Of a stretch of 64,000 nucleotides of DNA, positions 11,773-26,197 are shown one piece after another. Each line of letters starts with the position of its first letter. Within the stretch, counting starts at the first letter, position 1. Both the position numbers and the translations under genes were made by a program. The notes under the pieces were generated by a model. It had not been told where the DNA came from and ran no database searches. It saw only the letters and a list, made by a program, of their open reading frames with translations. The DNA comes from Haliotis cracherodii (Eukaryota). The stretch covers positions 45,570,001 through 45,634,000 of the forward strand of contig NW_027266297.1 of assembly GCF_022045235.1 (NCBI RefSeq), given 5' to 3'.

Positions 11773-13874
11773 ATCTTGATTGGGTGCCACCATTTTGTTT
11801 GAAGCAAATGCAAATGGTAGGAGAGGTGGACTCTTACTGGTCAATAGGCGGGACATAGAAGGGACATAACTCATAATAGCCACCGGTGGCACTATGATCG
11901 AGCCCAGAAATTCTAGCCTAGTTTGACAAGGGTGGAAACTGGACTTTAACAGGCCAGTGAACTCCCTTGCCTAGGGAAGATGATGCAATATGCGCTGAAG
12001 TGCATTGCATGTCATCATTTATACACATGTGTTGTGTTGTGTGTCAATGTATACTCACCACATCATCCAGGTCTACTTCTGCAGGTTCTGAAACAGAAGA
12101 TAAATCAACATCATGTATATGCTGGGAATGACATACTACTGAAGGAAAACATTTCTCTAGGAATTCTTTGACATGAGTAGAGGTATAACACTGCTTTCAA
12201 TGATATATTGCAGTTACATCACAGTGTCTTACTGACAGAGGTAGGCCTAAAATGCATTTTACGAACCGGATGTCAATTTCATAAAGCGATTTGTATTGGA
12301 CAGGGCATAGACTTGTTAGTCCAGCCCATACATAACTCCATAATTCCAGCCTAGTTTGGCAAGGGTGGAAACTGGACTTTCATAGTCAGTTAACTCCCTT
12401 GCCCTGGGAAGAATGAAACCCATCAACAAGCAAGGATCTGATTCAACCCTAGGATTATAACCAGGTGTATCTGTCAATCAACCCACAACCTCCTAAGCAC
12501 TTTTATTTCTCCATAAAGACCACCACAGGTGGTACAAGAACAAATAACAAAATAGAACATTATTATAAATTTACATGACATAAGAATGGCTAACATAAAT
12601 TGTGAGTTTGTAACTGTTGAATATTTCACTGATAAATTTTGACAAACATTTTATTTCTTTAAGACTGAAAGTACAATATAGGCTTTTAAATGTAAATATG
12701 TTTGGAAATTATAAATATTTATTTTGTGGTTTATACAATGATTTATAATAATGAAATGCCTCACAGCAGAAAATATAGTGAAACCCGTCCGCAACGGCAG
12801 AAGAGGCACATAAATTACACAGTCTGTTTTCTCTGGCAATGCCAGTCTAGCAACCTGTCTCAACTTGGAGCTTGTGATTTGTTGTAATATATTTTAGTAT
12901 AGGATAGGCTATAGGTTTGGGCCAAAATAAGAAGCTACTAAAAGAAGGTAATTGTTTTAAATATTGATAATATGCGCCAGTGGATCCTAGGAGTTGTGAC
13001 ATGTTATTACAAGCATGAGGTCCATCAGTGGGTGACATCAGCTGAGAAAGTTTCACTGGTTAAAAGAGGGATTGTGCACTCCTTCAAATTTGTCTGTGGT
13101 GTCTGTTCATTAGACTTATACTTAGTCTCTGAAAATATATAATTTAAAAGAAAAAATATAACTCCATTTAAATAGAAAAGGAGCCCAAGTCAGATTGGAG
13201 ATTCAGAACCAGAGGTTAATCTAGACTTGCATCATGTAGAGCTTTTGTTTAATGAAAGGGCTGGGCAGAAGGGAAAAGAATATGATTCAGGGACTGTGAG
13301 GCAGACTATCTGTTCATGCAAGTGGGATGAATGTATGAATATGAAATAGACCTGGTTTAGTATGACACAGAATTTCGGCACTCATTTTAAATTTCTGCTT
13401 GGTGAAAGCAGACATGCACTTCATTTAATGACAGACCATGTCTGTTAGTCTCTGAAGGTCAGGGATCACATCTAGTAAGGGAGAAGGGCAGTGGGTCAGC
13501 TTTGTTCCACTGTATATGACAAAGGAACACACCAAACCACATGAGACAATGGAATGTACATCAGGATTCAACCTGGACCAATGTGCATCATGATACTGTT
13601 GGGCCACCCTAACACATCTTAACATAGGAGGGAGTGAATGAGTGAGTTTTACATTGTATTATAGTGTTGGACAGTGGACACAAGGGAAATTGTACACAGT
13701 GCCATCAGGAATCAACCTGGACCTAATCATTATGAACCCTGATAGTGACTGTTGTGACACCCTAACACACCTTAATGTTTAACATGAGTCACTGGGTTTA
13801 ATATGCAGATAGAACAGAAATCCTCAAGTCACAAACATGAATACATACACAGGTTGTCCTATCTTCATTCACAC

Positions 13875-14459
13875 TGACTTTGATGCTACTTTCAGACCTG
13901 TGCAGGCCACACAGAATGACTTTGATGCTACTTTCAGACCTGTGCAGGCCACACAGAATGACTTTGACGCTACTTTCAGACCTGTACAGGCCACACAGAA
14001 TGACTTTGATGCTACTTCCAGACCTGTACAGGCCACACAGAATGACTTTGATGCTACTTTCAGACCTGTGCAGGGCACACAGAATGACTTTGATGCTACT
14101 TCCAGACCTGTGCAGGCCACAAAGAATGACTTTGATGCTACTTTCAGACCTGTGCAGGCCACACAGAATGACTTTGATGCTACTTCCAGACCTGTGCAGG
14201 CCACAAAGAATGACTTTGATGCTACTTTCAGACCTGTGCAGGCCACAAAGAATGACTTTGATGCTACTTTCAGACCTGTGCAGGCCACACAGAATGACTT
14301 TGATGCTACTTTCAGACCTGTGCAGGCCACACAGAATGACTTTGATGCTACTTTCAGACCTGTGCAGGCCACACAGAATGACTTTGACGCTACTTTCAGA
14401 CCTGTACAGGCCACACAGAATGACTTTGATGCTACTTTCAGACCTGTACAGGCCACACA
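13875..14459. repeat. 42-bp minisatellite (~14 copies)
   Basis: Unit tgactttgatgctactttcagacctgtgcaggccacacagaa. Confidence 0.97.
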
Positions 14460-14712
14460 TAATTTTGTTTATCGTTTTACAGATTTGTGCTGACCCATGG
14501 ATACACTTGAGTCAGTAGAAGAAAAGCTAACAACAAACCTGTAAGTCAATATTCATTTCTTATTTGGCATGAACTTGTTTGCATTGGTCTGCTTAGGGGG
14601 AAAATATAATGATAACACTAGATCTACTAATAATTCATAATGATGCTTAGTATTTTTGCAGTAGTATGCAGGGTTTAACCTTGACTTACAAAAGTGGGGG
14701 CCAGGACCCCCA

Positions 14713-15030
14713 ATAATTACTTCTAAGGGTCCTTGCAGACAATGTGAGGGACCTGTTACCTAAGAAGGTGTAGTGTACTGTACAGGTTGATAATTACTTC
14801 TAAGGGTCCTTGCAGGCAATGTGAGGGTCCTGCAAACTAAGAAGGTGTAGTGTACTGTACAGGTTGATAATTACTTCTAAGGGTCCTTGCAGGCAATGTG
14901 AGGGTCCTGCAAACTAAGAAGGTGTAGTGTACTGTACAGGTTGATAATTACTTCTAAGGGTCCTTGCAGGCAATGTGAGGGTCCACCAAACTAAGAAGGT
15001 GTAGTGTACTGTACAGGTTGATAATTACTT
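14713..15030. repeat. 77-bp tandem repeat (~4 copies)
   Basis: Unit ataattacttctaagggtccttgcaggcaatgtgagggtcc...gtactgtacaggttg. Confidence 0.93.
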
Positions 15031-15679
15031 TCAACCTGGAATGAAGCAATGATCATGTGGACAGTGGTCCTGAATGTTGGGTGAAAGGACAGACACCCAT
15101 CACTGGTCTGTATGCACTGTAGGTACACTGAATGTTATTGTGCATCCCTTGGGACACAGTGTATTTTTTTTCAGCGTCCAGTCTCAACATTTGTTCTTAG
15201 AAAATATTTCCAAAGGCCAGAGACTACATTATATGCATTAGATGAATTATTATTTAACAAATAAGTCTCTAATTTGGTATATATTTTTTACTTGTATCAT
15301 TTTGTTTTCTAATTCATCCAAAATGGAATGTGATGTGAATTAAACTAAATTTATTGAATTTTATATTTTATTTTCTAATTGGGGCTTTTGGCTCTGGTCG
15401 GTTCAATCTGTATACCAAAACAACAAAAATAGTGTGGCCTAACCCCAGTATGTTAAACTTGCCCAGAAGCCCCCAGCACTCAGCCGGCACGGATTATCCT
15501 GCTTAAGTCTGCTGTTTGTTTAATCCTGACAAACTACACACAAGATTACACCTCTATCTGACTTCACCAGTATTAGTGTGTGTCTGATCTTCACTGAAGT
15601 ACAACATACAAGCCTCCTTGCCTAAACTCTGCTGATACTTTATAACAGTGCAGGTCCAAACGGATGCTCCAAGAGGCAA

Positions 15680-17130
15680 ACAGGCTCACAGAATACCACT
15701 GTCCCTTTACTGTGTTACAGCCAATGACTGACTGCACTCTACAGAGACCTGGTGCACAGGCTCACAGAATACCACTGTCCCTTTACTGTGCTACAGCCAA
15801 TGACTGACTGCACTCTACAGAAACCTGGTGCACAGGCTCACAGAATACCACTGTCCCTTTACTGTGCTAAAGCCAATGACTGACTGCATTCTACAGAGAC
15901 CTGGTGCACAGGCTCACAGAATACCACTGTCCCTTTACTGTGTTACAGCCAATGACTGACTGCACTCTACAGAAACCTGGTGCACAGGCTCACAGAATAC
16001 CACTGTCCCTTTACTGTGTTACAGACAATGACTGACTGCACTCTACAGAAACCTGGTGCACAACAGGCTCACAGAATACCACTGTCCCTTTACTGTGCTA
16101 CAGCCAATGACTGACTGCACTCTACAGAAACCTGGTGCACAGGCTCACAGAATACCACTGTCCCTTTACTGTGCTACAGCCAATGACTGACTGCACTCTA
16201 CAGAAACCTGGTGCACAGGCTCACAGAATACCACTGTCCCTTTACTGTGCTAAAGCCAATGACTGACTGCACTCTACAGAGACCTGGTGCACAGGCTCAC
16301 AGAATACCACTGTCCCTTTACTGTGTTACAGCCAATGACTGACTGCACTCTACAGAAACCTGGTGCACAGGCTCACAGAATACCACTGTCCCTTTACTGT
16401 GTTACAGACAATGACTGACTGCACTCTACAGAAACCTGGTGCACAACAGGCTCACAGAATACCACTGTCCCTTTACTGTGCTACAGCCAATGACTGACTG
16501 CACTCTACAGAAACCTGGTGCACAACAGGCTCACAGAATACCACTGTCCCTTTACTGTGCTACAGCCAATGACTGACTGCACTCTACAGAAACCTGGTGC
16601 ACAGGCTCACAGAATACCACTGTCCCTTTACTGTGTTACAGCCAATGACTGACTGCACTCTACAGTGACCTGGTGCACAGGCTCACAGAATACCACTGTC
16701 CCTTAACTGTGTTACAGCCAATGACTGACTGCACTTTACAGTGACCTGGTGCACAGGCTCACAGAATACCACTGTCCCTTTACTGTGCTACAGCCAATGA
16801 CTGACTGCACACTTCAGAAACCTGGTGCACAACAGGCTCACAGAATACCACTGTCCCTTTACTGTGCTACAGCCAATGACTGACTGCACTCTTCAGAAAC
16901 CTGGTGCACAGGCTCACAGAATACCACTGTCCCTTTACTGTGCTACAGCCAATGACTGACTGCACACTTCAGAAACCTGGTGCACAACAGGCTCACAGAA
17001 TACCACTGTCCCTTTACTGTGCTACAGCCAATGACTGACTGCACTCTTCAGAAACCTGGTGCACAGGCTCACAGAACACCACTGTCCCTTTACTGTGCTA
17101 CAGCCAATGACTGACTGCACTCTTCAGAAA
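15680..17130. repeat. 76/79-bp minisatellite (~19 copies)
   Basis: Unit acaggctcacagaataccactgtccctttactgtgctacagccaatgactgactgcactctacagaaacctggtgc. Confidence 0.97.
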
Positions 17131-18137
17131 AGCTTTAATGGCGCATGCCAATGGCCGTGCAGTGTCTGAGCCAGGTCCTGAGCTGGGAGGGTGCAATGGC
17201 TTCAGTTCTTTAAACACAGGAACACATGAACATTTCAAAGGTCCTCAAAAACATTTGGTTACCCAATTGTGTTGTCACTTAGGTTTACCCATGTTTCTAA
17301 TAGCCATGTGACCATTATGTACAGAGCCTATGAAACGACACAGCCTAAATGCAGCTCAAGCTTGAGTGATAAGGTTGATAAAATCAGTGAATTGTTTGTT
17401 ATAGCATGGGTTAACTGTACACTGTTTTAAATATCACCAGTTGGCAGTTCATTGCTTGTGTTTCCAGGAGACGGGTGATTCTTTTCTTTACCAGGTCAGT
17501 GTGGCGTTATGTCTGGTGACGAGATGGGATGGTGACAGGCACCTCACTGTGGATGTCTTGGCAATCAATACTGGTGTGACAGCTCTAGCCATGCCGGGAC
17601 CCACCAGGGCAGGCAACAATACACACTATAAGGCTATATGACTGGATGTATTCCTGGTTATATTTTTACAGTGTGACACTCGAATGGCTTCTGTTGAATA
17701 GTTTCTTCTGTGCTGTATTTGTGTAATAGATTATAATTACATTTTATTGTTATTCCAGACTGTTTCAGATGTGAGACTTTGTACATTTGACACTGTCTTC
17801 AGTTAGATTAATTAATGGCTTTTTTTCAAAGCAATCCTCTTAAATACGATTATTGCCCAGTCTGATTGACTTGATGTACAGAATATGCAAAAGGGAAATT
17901 ATTTTAATGTCACCCAATTCATTTAATCTGCAAATTGTGATTAAATTAATACCTTTAAAGATAAACATATTCACTTAATGTCTTTTGAAAAGTTGAGATA
18001 ATGACACACTATTAGAAGTTGGACTGAAACAGGCACTATATTAATTATTATAAATCATAAAAAGTACCAATAAACACAATCAGATATGATTTATTATAAA
18101 TATAAAGCAATTATTATTTTTAATACAATTAACTTAC

Positions 18138-18540
18138 CAATTTTGACAACACAAACGTTCGAAGTCATATTGTCTGCGTAGAATGAATCCGGTATCCGAC
18201 ATGTCTCCACCTCACCCTAACTTAATCTCGCGCTGCTCACTTGCCATGACAGTCGAGTCTCGGCTCAGTCAACTATTACTTGTCATCGGAGACAGCGCCT
18301 ATCTCTTGCTAGTTACACCGTAAACTTCTGTCCTCGGACACAAGGCAGGAGTACCAGTCTAATAGCTACGATATGATCTCCAACTGTGCGTTCTAGCATG
18401 GGCGTCTTAACACCGCCTCTACCTGATAATTACCATATAAATCACTTGAGTACTTCAAGTCTGCCGCTCAAGCGCTACCCTCACCCACTTGGCGCTGCCA
18501 TGGCAACCGGATATCGATCACCCTCCTGATTGGGTTATCA
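18138..18540 (-). promoter_or_regulatory. Candidate CpG-rich promoter and first exon of an unidentified minus-strand gene
   Basis: Repeat-free, CpG-retaining stretch; perfect GTAAGT donor at 18137-18132 (-); X-box-like gctgccatggcaac 18494-18507; CCAAT (-) 18529-18533; possible starts at 18202 (MSDTGFILRR...) or 18168 (MTSNVCVVKI). Confidence 0.45.
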
Positions 18541-21500
18541 GTTATTGAACAGCAGATAAGATTATCATTATTGTGACAATGTTCTCTCCTTTCAAATCGC
18601 ACTTCATTGTATCAAGTTGAGTATCGGGTGTTCAGCGAATAGGGGGGTTGATTTCTTCAAAGTGAAACTCTGAAGGTAACAGATAGAGTAGTGTACCTGC
18701 TGCTGTTGAAATAGTTTTAAATACCTGCCTTATCACCACCACAGCCACCTCGAACACTTAAGTACTGTAGAAACAACAGGCTTTACACTGGCTGTTGATA
18801 GAGAACTGGCTGTCACCAGTAGCTACACTTGTACGGTATACAGGTAATCTGTTCCACGTGTTCATTAGCGGGTGTAGAGATTACTGAGGTCGAACTGAAC
18901 ACTGTGTACAAATGCAGATACCAGAGTGGACATGCTGTTTCTGTGATACTATAGATTGTTCCAAACTTGTGTTAGACATATAAGACATGTTTCAAAAACA
19001 GCTAACTGTCCATCAGGACAATAACTTGAAATATGTTTTAACAAACGTTTATTCCAATAGAATAGAGAGGTTAAATCTTAATTCGAAACATTATCCAGAA
19101 TTAGCCCGCAAATGTTTTAAATAATCTGTTTATATCTATTTAATGAATACAATACCAAAAGTATTTTGGTTCAGTTCAAAGATATGTTTTCTGATAGGTC
19201 GTCTGGTTTCTGCCACTGTATGGAAACAAGCCTCGTGACAGGGTGTACTAAGACACCTCATTGAACATTCAATAAACACATCAAAAGACTGTAATATTCT
19301 AATCCCATGTTTTCATATTCATAATCACTCCCTTTGACAACAGTCTTTTACCAGTGTAAATATGAACGATACGTGACAGGGGAGAGATTTAAGGCTTTCA
19401 CAGTCCTGTCAATAACTAGTTTCTGTCAGGGCAATCTCTGAATGACAGTCTTCAGCCCGTGTCTACGAATATATGCTTATGACAGAGGGCAGGAAACTAG
19501 TGTCTCGTGTGTACGGGGCCTGTTGCACAGTCGCCCGTGGTTTCACAGATGTACCACACACACACACCATTTACTGTAGGAACCTTCGTGAGGTATCAAT
19601 TTCAAATCTATTATCGTGTATTATTGGCAATAATCACAATCATTGCTGATACGACGTGGAGCAATAATCCCTCAGTCACTCTATACTCTATATTCATGGT
19701 ATTCTGTTGAAAGTTTAAAGAAACCTGACAGGAATGTGCTTCAGTAAGGTTTGCAGCAAATTAATTGTGTCTTGTACATCTTAGCTATTTCTAGTTTGCT
19801 TTGATTAACTTTCCTGGGGTGATACTCCAATTGCGCAGGAACATGTTAAGATATTAAACGGTTGTTTGCAAAAATATAACATGTCATGCAAAAGAAACGT
19901 ATAGACTTTGATTTGACCAAAAACTTACAGAAACAATGAAAATGTTACTAGGCTGAAACAGTGCAAACACAACTATGATACCCGTATCAAATATATTACC
20001 ATTAACCCTTTCTTGTTTGTTTCATTTTTAGTATGGATGCATACTTTCTTTTGCCCAGCTGTAAAGCATAAAGACGAGAATCCAAAGATAGTCCTCAACA
20101 TAATCTATTTATTTTGTATTTCGCCAGTTAATATCTGCCACATGAAATATATAAATCTTTCAACTTCTGAAACAATCTAACATGAGGGGCAAAAAAAATA
20201 CAGTGTGCCGAGGGTTTTTTATATAATCGAAAATTGAAAGAACTGTTGTTAAATTTGATCATGTCTATTTAACCATCACTCCTTCCTGTATCAGTTTGTA
20301 ACTTGTAATCTGTGGCTGGGGACATTTGTGTAAATATAGATTGATTCCATGAAGACTGGGGTAAGAAATGAACCTGCAACCGCATGACCCCTACTTTGTT
20401 TGAAATGTTGTACATTTGTGGTGGAAAAAGCAAATCTTTTTATTTTCAAAGACAAGGTGTCTAAGATACCAACCAACAGTTGTGCATTATGCATTTTTGT
20501 AATTCATAAAAGTTTTAAATCAAATTAAATTCTTTTAAATAAAACTATATAGAAATATTCTTTGAGTGCTGAGGAGCGCCAGTACAGTTAATTTTTGTTA
20601 CGTAATACATCTTATCTCTAACTTCATCTCTCTCTTAATTGAAGGTTAAACATATGATAACATCTTCTGAGAGGTATAGTTCATTGTGCTCCTCGGATAT
20701 TTTGTCAGTCAGTGAAAGAAACAAAAACTACTTCCTATTTCAGGTATAAAATCAGAAGGGCAAATGATTAGTTTGCGGCCTTATTTGACTAGAAGGTATA
20801 GAGTCGTATGTTGTAGATCACCTATTGATCACTTTGTTCGTAAATCCAGAACACGAAGTAAATAAATAAATACAAAGGGATTTACATATGACATGCTTCG
20901 ATGTGTAGCCTTTTACATGATTGACAATATACACATCAGCTTCCAAGTTGATATGGTCCACTGGCTGTAAATAGTTAAGCTATTAACGCGCCGAGATGCA
21001 TTGTTGTAAAAATCACATTGACTACAACACTGGCCGATATTGGGGAAGTAGGAGAACTGGCGATCCAGGTCTGCTGTGATTCATTGTTACTTTATACCAA
21101 AGTCATTTTACGTGGAAATAAAACATGTCAATGGTGAACACGTCGGCGCAGAATTCATTATACTCCGGAACATATCACAGCGTGTTTGTCTCACATTTCT
21201 GCTGTGTAGGTATATAATTGATGGACAGGAACAGCTGGATGCAGTAAAACAGCCAGGCTCTAGTGAGAACTGTGGTTACAAAGTTTGTTTGAGAAACAAA
21301 TATAAAAGATGACTAATTATGGTTTTACAGTTTTAAACGGTAATCGATCGTTGGGATTTGTTTAGTTTCTAACGCACTCACAACAGCAAAATAAGGATTG
21401 GTGTAGGGGCACATATTTTACTGTGTCTCCTCACTCTGTGATGACATAAAGCTTAACATGGAGACTGTAAACGTTTCTGGAATTCATTAAAAAGAGGGAT

Positions 21501-21705
21501 ACAAAGAAATACATCTAGTTACTCCTTGTCGCCAGATATCTGGTTCACTTATTATAAAGATCTACTTAAGCCCGCATTTAATAACTTGGAAGCCAAACCC
21601 TTTGATTGTTATGTAACGCAGCTTGTACATTCCCATTCATGTGAAGATTGCACCGAGTTACCATTTACAGATGATCTGTTATCAGGGGAAATATCAGAGA
21701 AAGAG

Positions 21706-21985
21706 TGAGTGAGAGTGAGTTGGGTTTAACGCCGTTTTAACATTATTCCAGTTATATCACGGCGTGTCAGCTTAATGTTGGAGGAAATCCCGAAGTGATG
21801 CAGGTCTCAGACGTTTACCACTTCGGTGAAACCCACGAGCACGGGTATGGTGCTGACAAACCTAGAAACATAATTGGGGCGAACCGGGATTCGAACCCAC
21901 AATCATAGGTTTCTGGCGTGCCCAAGGGACGCAACTCTGCACAGCGAATCGCGGTACCTAAGACGACTGGCCCACCCGTGCCCCT
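21706..21985 (-). mobile_element. tRNA-derived SINE inserted in the LINE
   Basis: 12-bp TSD tcagagaaagag (21694-21705, 21986-21997); B box ggttcgaatcc on -; (actc)n tail. Confidence 0.88.
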
Positions 21986-23333
21986 TCAGAGAAAGAGATT
22001 GAGTGTGCATTACAAAATCTGGAAGCTAGTAAATCTGCCGGTGAAGATGGAATACCAGCGTATTTTTTAGGTTATCAGGCAACATTCTTATACCATATTT
22101 AAAATTATTATTTCATAACATTATGAAGACTGGAGTGTTTCTGGAGTCGTGGAAGGTTGGTATGATATTACCATTGTACAAATCAGGTACAAGGTCTGAG
22201 CCCAGTAATTACAGGTTTTTTTGTTTTAAATGTAACGGGAAGGCTGTTTACTTTTATTACGGAAAAGCGTCTTAGAGTTTGGTTGGGTGTGAATAATCTT
22301 CTATCTGAGTCTCAGGCTGGTTTTCGCCCAAACTATTCAACGGTTGGCAATCTTTATATATTGCAAGCTCTATGTTATAAATATTTATGCAAACCTAGGG
22401 GTCTCTTTTATTGTGCATTTGTGGATTTCAAAAAGGCTTTCGATTATGTTGATGTAGAAAAAATGTTATATTTACTTCTTACCAAAAGATGTCATGGGAA
22501 ATTGTTTCTAGTACTAAAAAATATGTATTCATCGGTAAAAGCTTGTATTAAAACACAATCTGGTAGAACACAGTGCTTCTTAACATCTAGTGGTGTACGC
22601 CAGGGATGTATATTAAGTCCAATTTTGTTCATTTTTTTTCATTGATGAGCTCCTCACAGAAATATATAACGAATGTCATTATGGTGTGTTTGTCACACAA
22701 GATATAAGAGATTTAATGTTACTTCAATTTGCTGGTGATATTATAATGTTTTCATACTCTGTTAATGGTCTACAGAAACAATTGAATGTGTAACATTCTT
22801 TTTGAAGTTAGATTGGGATTGGAAGTAAATTTGTCAAAGACAAATGTAATTGTTTTCGGAAATGGAGGTATCATTGCCAAAAATGAAAAATGAACAAATA
22901 ATAATATCCCCTCAAAATTGTTACTTATTATAAACATTTCGGCTTGACGCTATCATCTAAACTATCAGGGTCAGTTGCGTGCAGACAATGAGCATCGCAA
23001 GCTTCAAAAGCAATTATACCCATCTATATTTAGATAAATATAGCAAAATATACATGTATCCCTTTCTACAGCTTGTACTATATTTGACGGCAAAATCGTG
23101 CCAATCTTGCTATATGGAGCAGACATATGGGGCGCAAAATATAATGACACTATTGAAAATGTACATGTTCCAACTTTAAGCGCTTTTTAATGGTTGGAAG
23201 ATATGCTTCCCGCGAAGCTATTTTAGATATCCTTACCAATGTTACAAACTACTGAAAGCTCTTGATGACAAAGAAAAAACGAATTTGGTGTCCAATGTCA
23301 GATATTTATTATTTTCATGTGGATATTCCTTTG

Positions 23334-26197
23334 GGTTATCTCCGAAAACGCCTACAGCCCAGTACCCCTACAGCCCAGTACCCCTACACAAACAACAAAG
23401 GGATGTCACATACTTATAATGGAACAGTCCCAAAGACTAATTAATCTATGAGAGTAAAGGATGAACCAAGTAAAGATAAGCTGGATTAACATTTGGAAAG
23501 ATTGATTGAAACTGAGTAAAAGATTATATTAATTAACTTAAGATTGGTTTGTTTAAACATATTATATTTCTAAAACAACTGAATTGGTGAACAAGCAGGT
23601 TTACTTATTTTAACAGTGTTCCGGGAAATACAGAATTGATTTAAAACCTAGTAAAGGTTGAAGCATGAATTTACCTAAAGTATTTAAATAAACCAATTTC
23701 AACCAATTGTATTAAGAGTACGTTGGCTGTGGTATGTAAGCGTTGTCAACAATTGACTGCATATCAACACGGCCGGTCTCCAAACCGTTTGATATCGTCA
23801 TACCAAGAATGTAGAGAGACAGACTTGTATTCACTGGAAGCATGTCAAAACCACATGTAAAGGGAAAGTGACCACAGTTGGTAATATCCTTAGGAATTCT
23901 ACAGAACACAACCATCCTCCAGAAGATATACAGCGTGTCCGCTTTGTCAGCAACTTGAGGAAGAGAGCAAGAGATGAAACAACACAGATGCACACACTGT
24001 ACAAAGAAGAACTAAGGTACTGTCGGAAATGCGAGAAAACTGCTTTTTGCCTGTTAAAAAAGGATATATTTTTTCACAGACTGTTGTTATTGAAATATCA
24101 AGTAACTACCGATCACCCTACCTGTGGTTTGAAGTATTTCAGTCACAAGGAGTCCTATCGACAACTTACAGGAGACACATTCGAACGAAAACAGGAAGTT
24201 CACATTTATTGTAAGTCCAATGATGACAGTCTGAAACGGACTATAGCAATATGCGCACGTGACTCCGTTATAATGATAATAATGTAGTCTTTATAAAACA
24301 TCTAATCAACACAAATCATTTTGAGAAAATTCTAGATGTGCAATTCAAAATGACAAAATGACGCTGCGATTTTGTTTGTTAACATTGCTCCCATGATGCA
24401 TGTTACATTACACTTGCATAGCCATAACCATGGTACACGATATGGAGTCTGTATTGGGAAATGTATACAAGTTTTTTTACACTTTAGAGAGTTAGAGGGA
24501 AACTATTTATTAATTTAGATAGGGCGAATTACCGAACTGCCCAAGCAATGGGGTTTTCACCTCATGCCATCAAGTCTACAATATGAGAAGAAAACAAAAC
24601 AGGTAAAGGGGTGGTCTCAAAAAGTAGAAGGATATTAGACAGCTTCGATACATGGTGGTTAGGCGTATAGTGTACAAGCTTTATAAGAAGGTAACCCTGA
24701 CTTGTTGTAGAATATGAGAGGAATTAAAATATTCCATCCTGTCTATGAGGTCACATTATCTCCAAACCATTCTTAACTATCACAGTCAGGGCGTCCAGAT
24801 AATTTACCTTGATGAATCATTCCATTGACTACATGTGGCTATCGGCAGATGGACAAAAAACCTCCATGGTACCACCAGGTAAAGGTAATCGTGTCATTGT
24901 TTTGCACGCTGCAACTTATGATTTGGGGCTTATGGGTGAGATCTAGTTTTCGAGGCAAAAAAGAAAACTGGTGATTTTCATAAGGAAATTAGAGGAGGTG
25001 ATGTGTTCATCATAGACTGGTTGGAACATCAGCTATTGCCCATTTTAAACAACGCCGGTGTAATTGTCATGGATAACGCCAGTTTTAAAATAACGTCCGG
25101 GAATCACATACTGACGCCCAAACCATGTGAAGTCAGAAGGCGATCATACAGGAATATATGGCATTGTCGACTTCAGACCATATGAAACAAAAGTTCAACA
25201 CATGGAGAAAATTCGGCTGAATAAGAAACCAGTAAAGTACAAGACATATATGCTGCCGGCACAACACGGTTACGTTGTCTTACGTACGCCAGTCAGACAC
25301 TGTGAGCGCAACCCTGTTGTGCCCATCTTGGCTTAGTGTAACGGGTTCCTGGCAAGACATAACACAACTTTTAAAAGAATAGATTCATATACGTCATCAG
25401 CGGAGATAAATGCTACTTCAAAAAACCATCTGTAGAACAACAAATACTTCTCTATTCCAAAACCGCAACCTTCCAATACTCATCCCATTTCATAGCTCTT
25501 AACTAGTCCATCATGTTTCCTAGCAAATATAATGCAGTACATATCCTAAATTGCTACCCCATCAACACATGTCAATTAAGTACAATAACAGCAATATTTT
25601 GAAACCACCCCCCATTCGGTGACATTTGCACCTGGGAGAATGCACGGGACGATGTGAGGTCTAGATAAGGTCGATTCGCGTTATTTTGATATATGCTATT
25701 TTTATGGTCCTATGACTCGTATTTATTACATGAAGCCAGAAAAGCAGTTTTCTAGCTTTTCCGACAGAACTTTAGCAAACTACAACCAAGAAGAAACTCG
25801 TATCCTGCCTGCCTTTCCATCCACGAGCAGCGCCCTCTACCGCCACAGTTGGAAGAGCTGCTGGACTGCCTCTGCTTCCACAAGCAGTTATTCAAGACAC
25901 CTGGATCGAAGCCATGGATGACACTCCCAACGTTCCAAGAGCTGTTGAATTCAATAACTATGTGGTTGTCAACTGGGTTGACGACGGAGCACGATTCCCG
26001 CTGCCATCACTGTGGAACCATCACTCAACGATAGGTCCGAGAACAAACAATCTGGAAAGATTCCACAGCAGACTTCTTGGGGTTATTCTATTAAAATGAC
26101 AAAGGTAACGGGCAGGGGATAAGGTGTGCAGTCAACTGTAAACTTTGTTGTTATAAGCTGTAGGTGTTTTGGCATGTAGCCGTTTTGGGAGCACACC
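23334..26197 (+). mobile_element. Mutator/MULE-type DNA transposon (internally deleted) inserted in the LINE
   Basis: 8-bp TSD ttcctttg; imperfect TIR ggttatctccgaaaacgcctaca / tgtagccgttttgggagcacacc; protein pieces EHNHPPED...LRKRARDE and SLWNHHSTIGPRTNNLERFHSRL. Confidence 0.8.
24015..25772 (+). mobile_element. IS630-Tc1-mariner element of the long-spacer DD82E (Sailor-like) type, nested in the MULE
   Basis: TA TSD; TIR aggtactgtcggaaatgcgagaaaactgctttt / aaaagcagttttctagcttttccgacagaactt; motifs PPGKGNRVIVLHA, GDFHKE, VIVMDNAS, LRTPVRHCERNP with ~82 codons from the second D to the E position. Confidence 0.78.

Noticed and set aside
15680-17130. Regular arrays as CRISPR or retrozyme candidates
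   Set aside because: No unique spacers, no cas genes, eukaryotic context; no CUGANGA/GAAA hammerhead core in the unit
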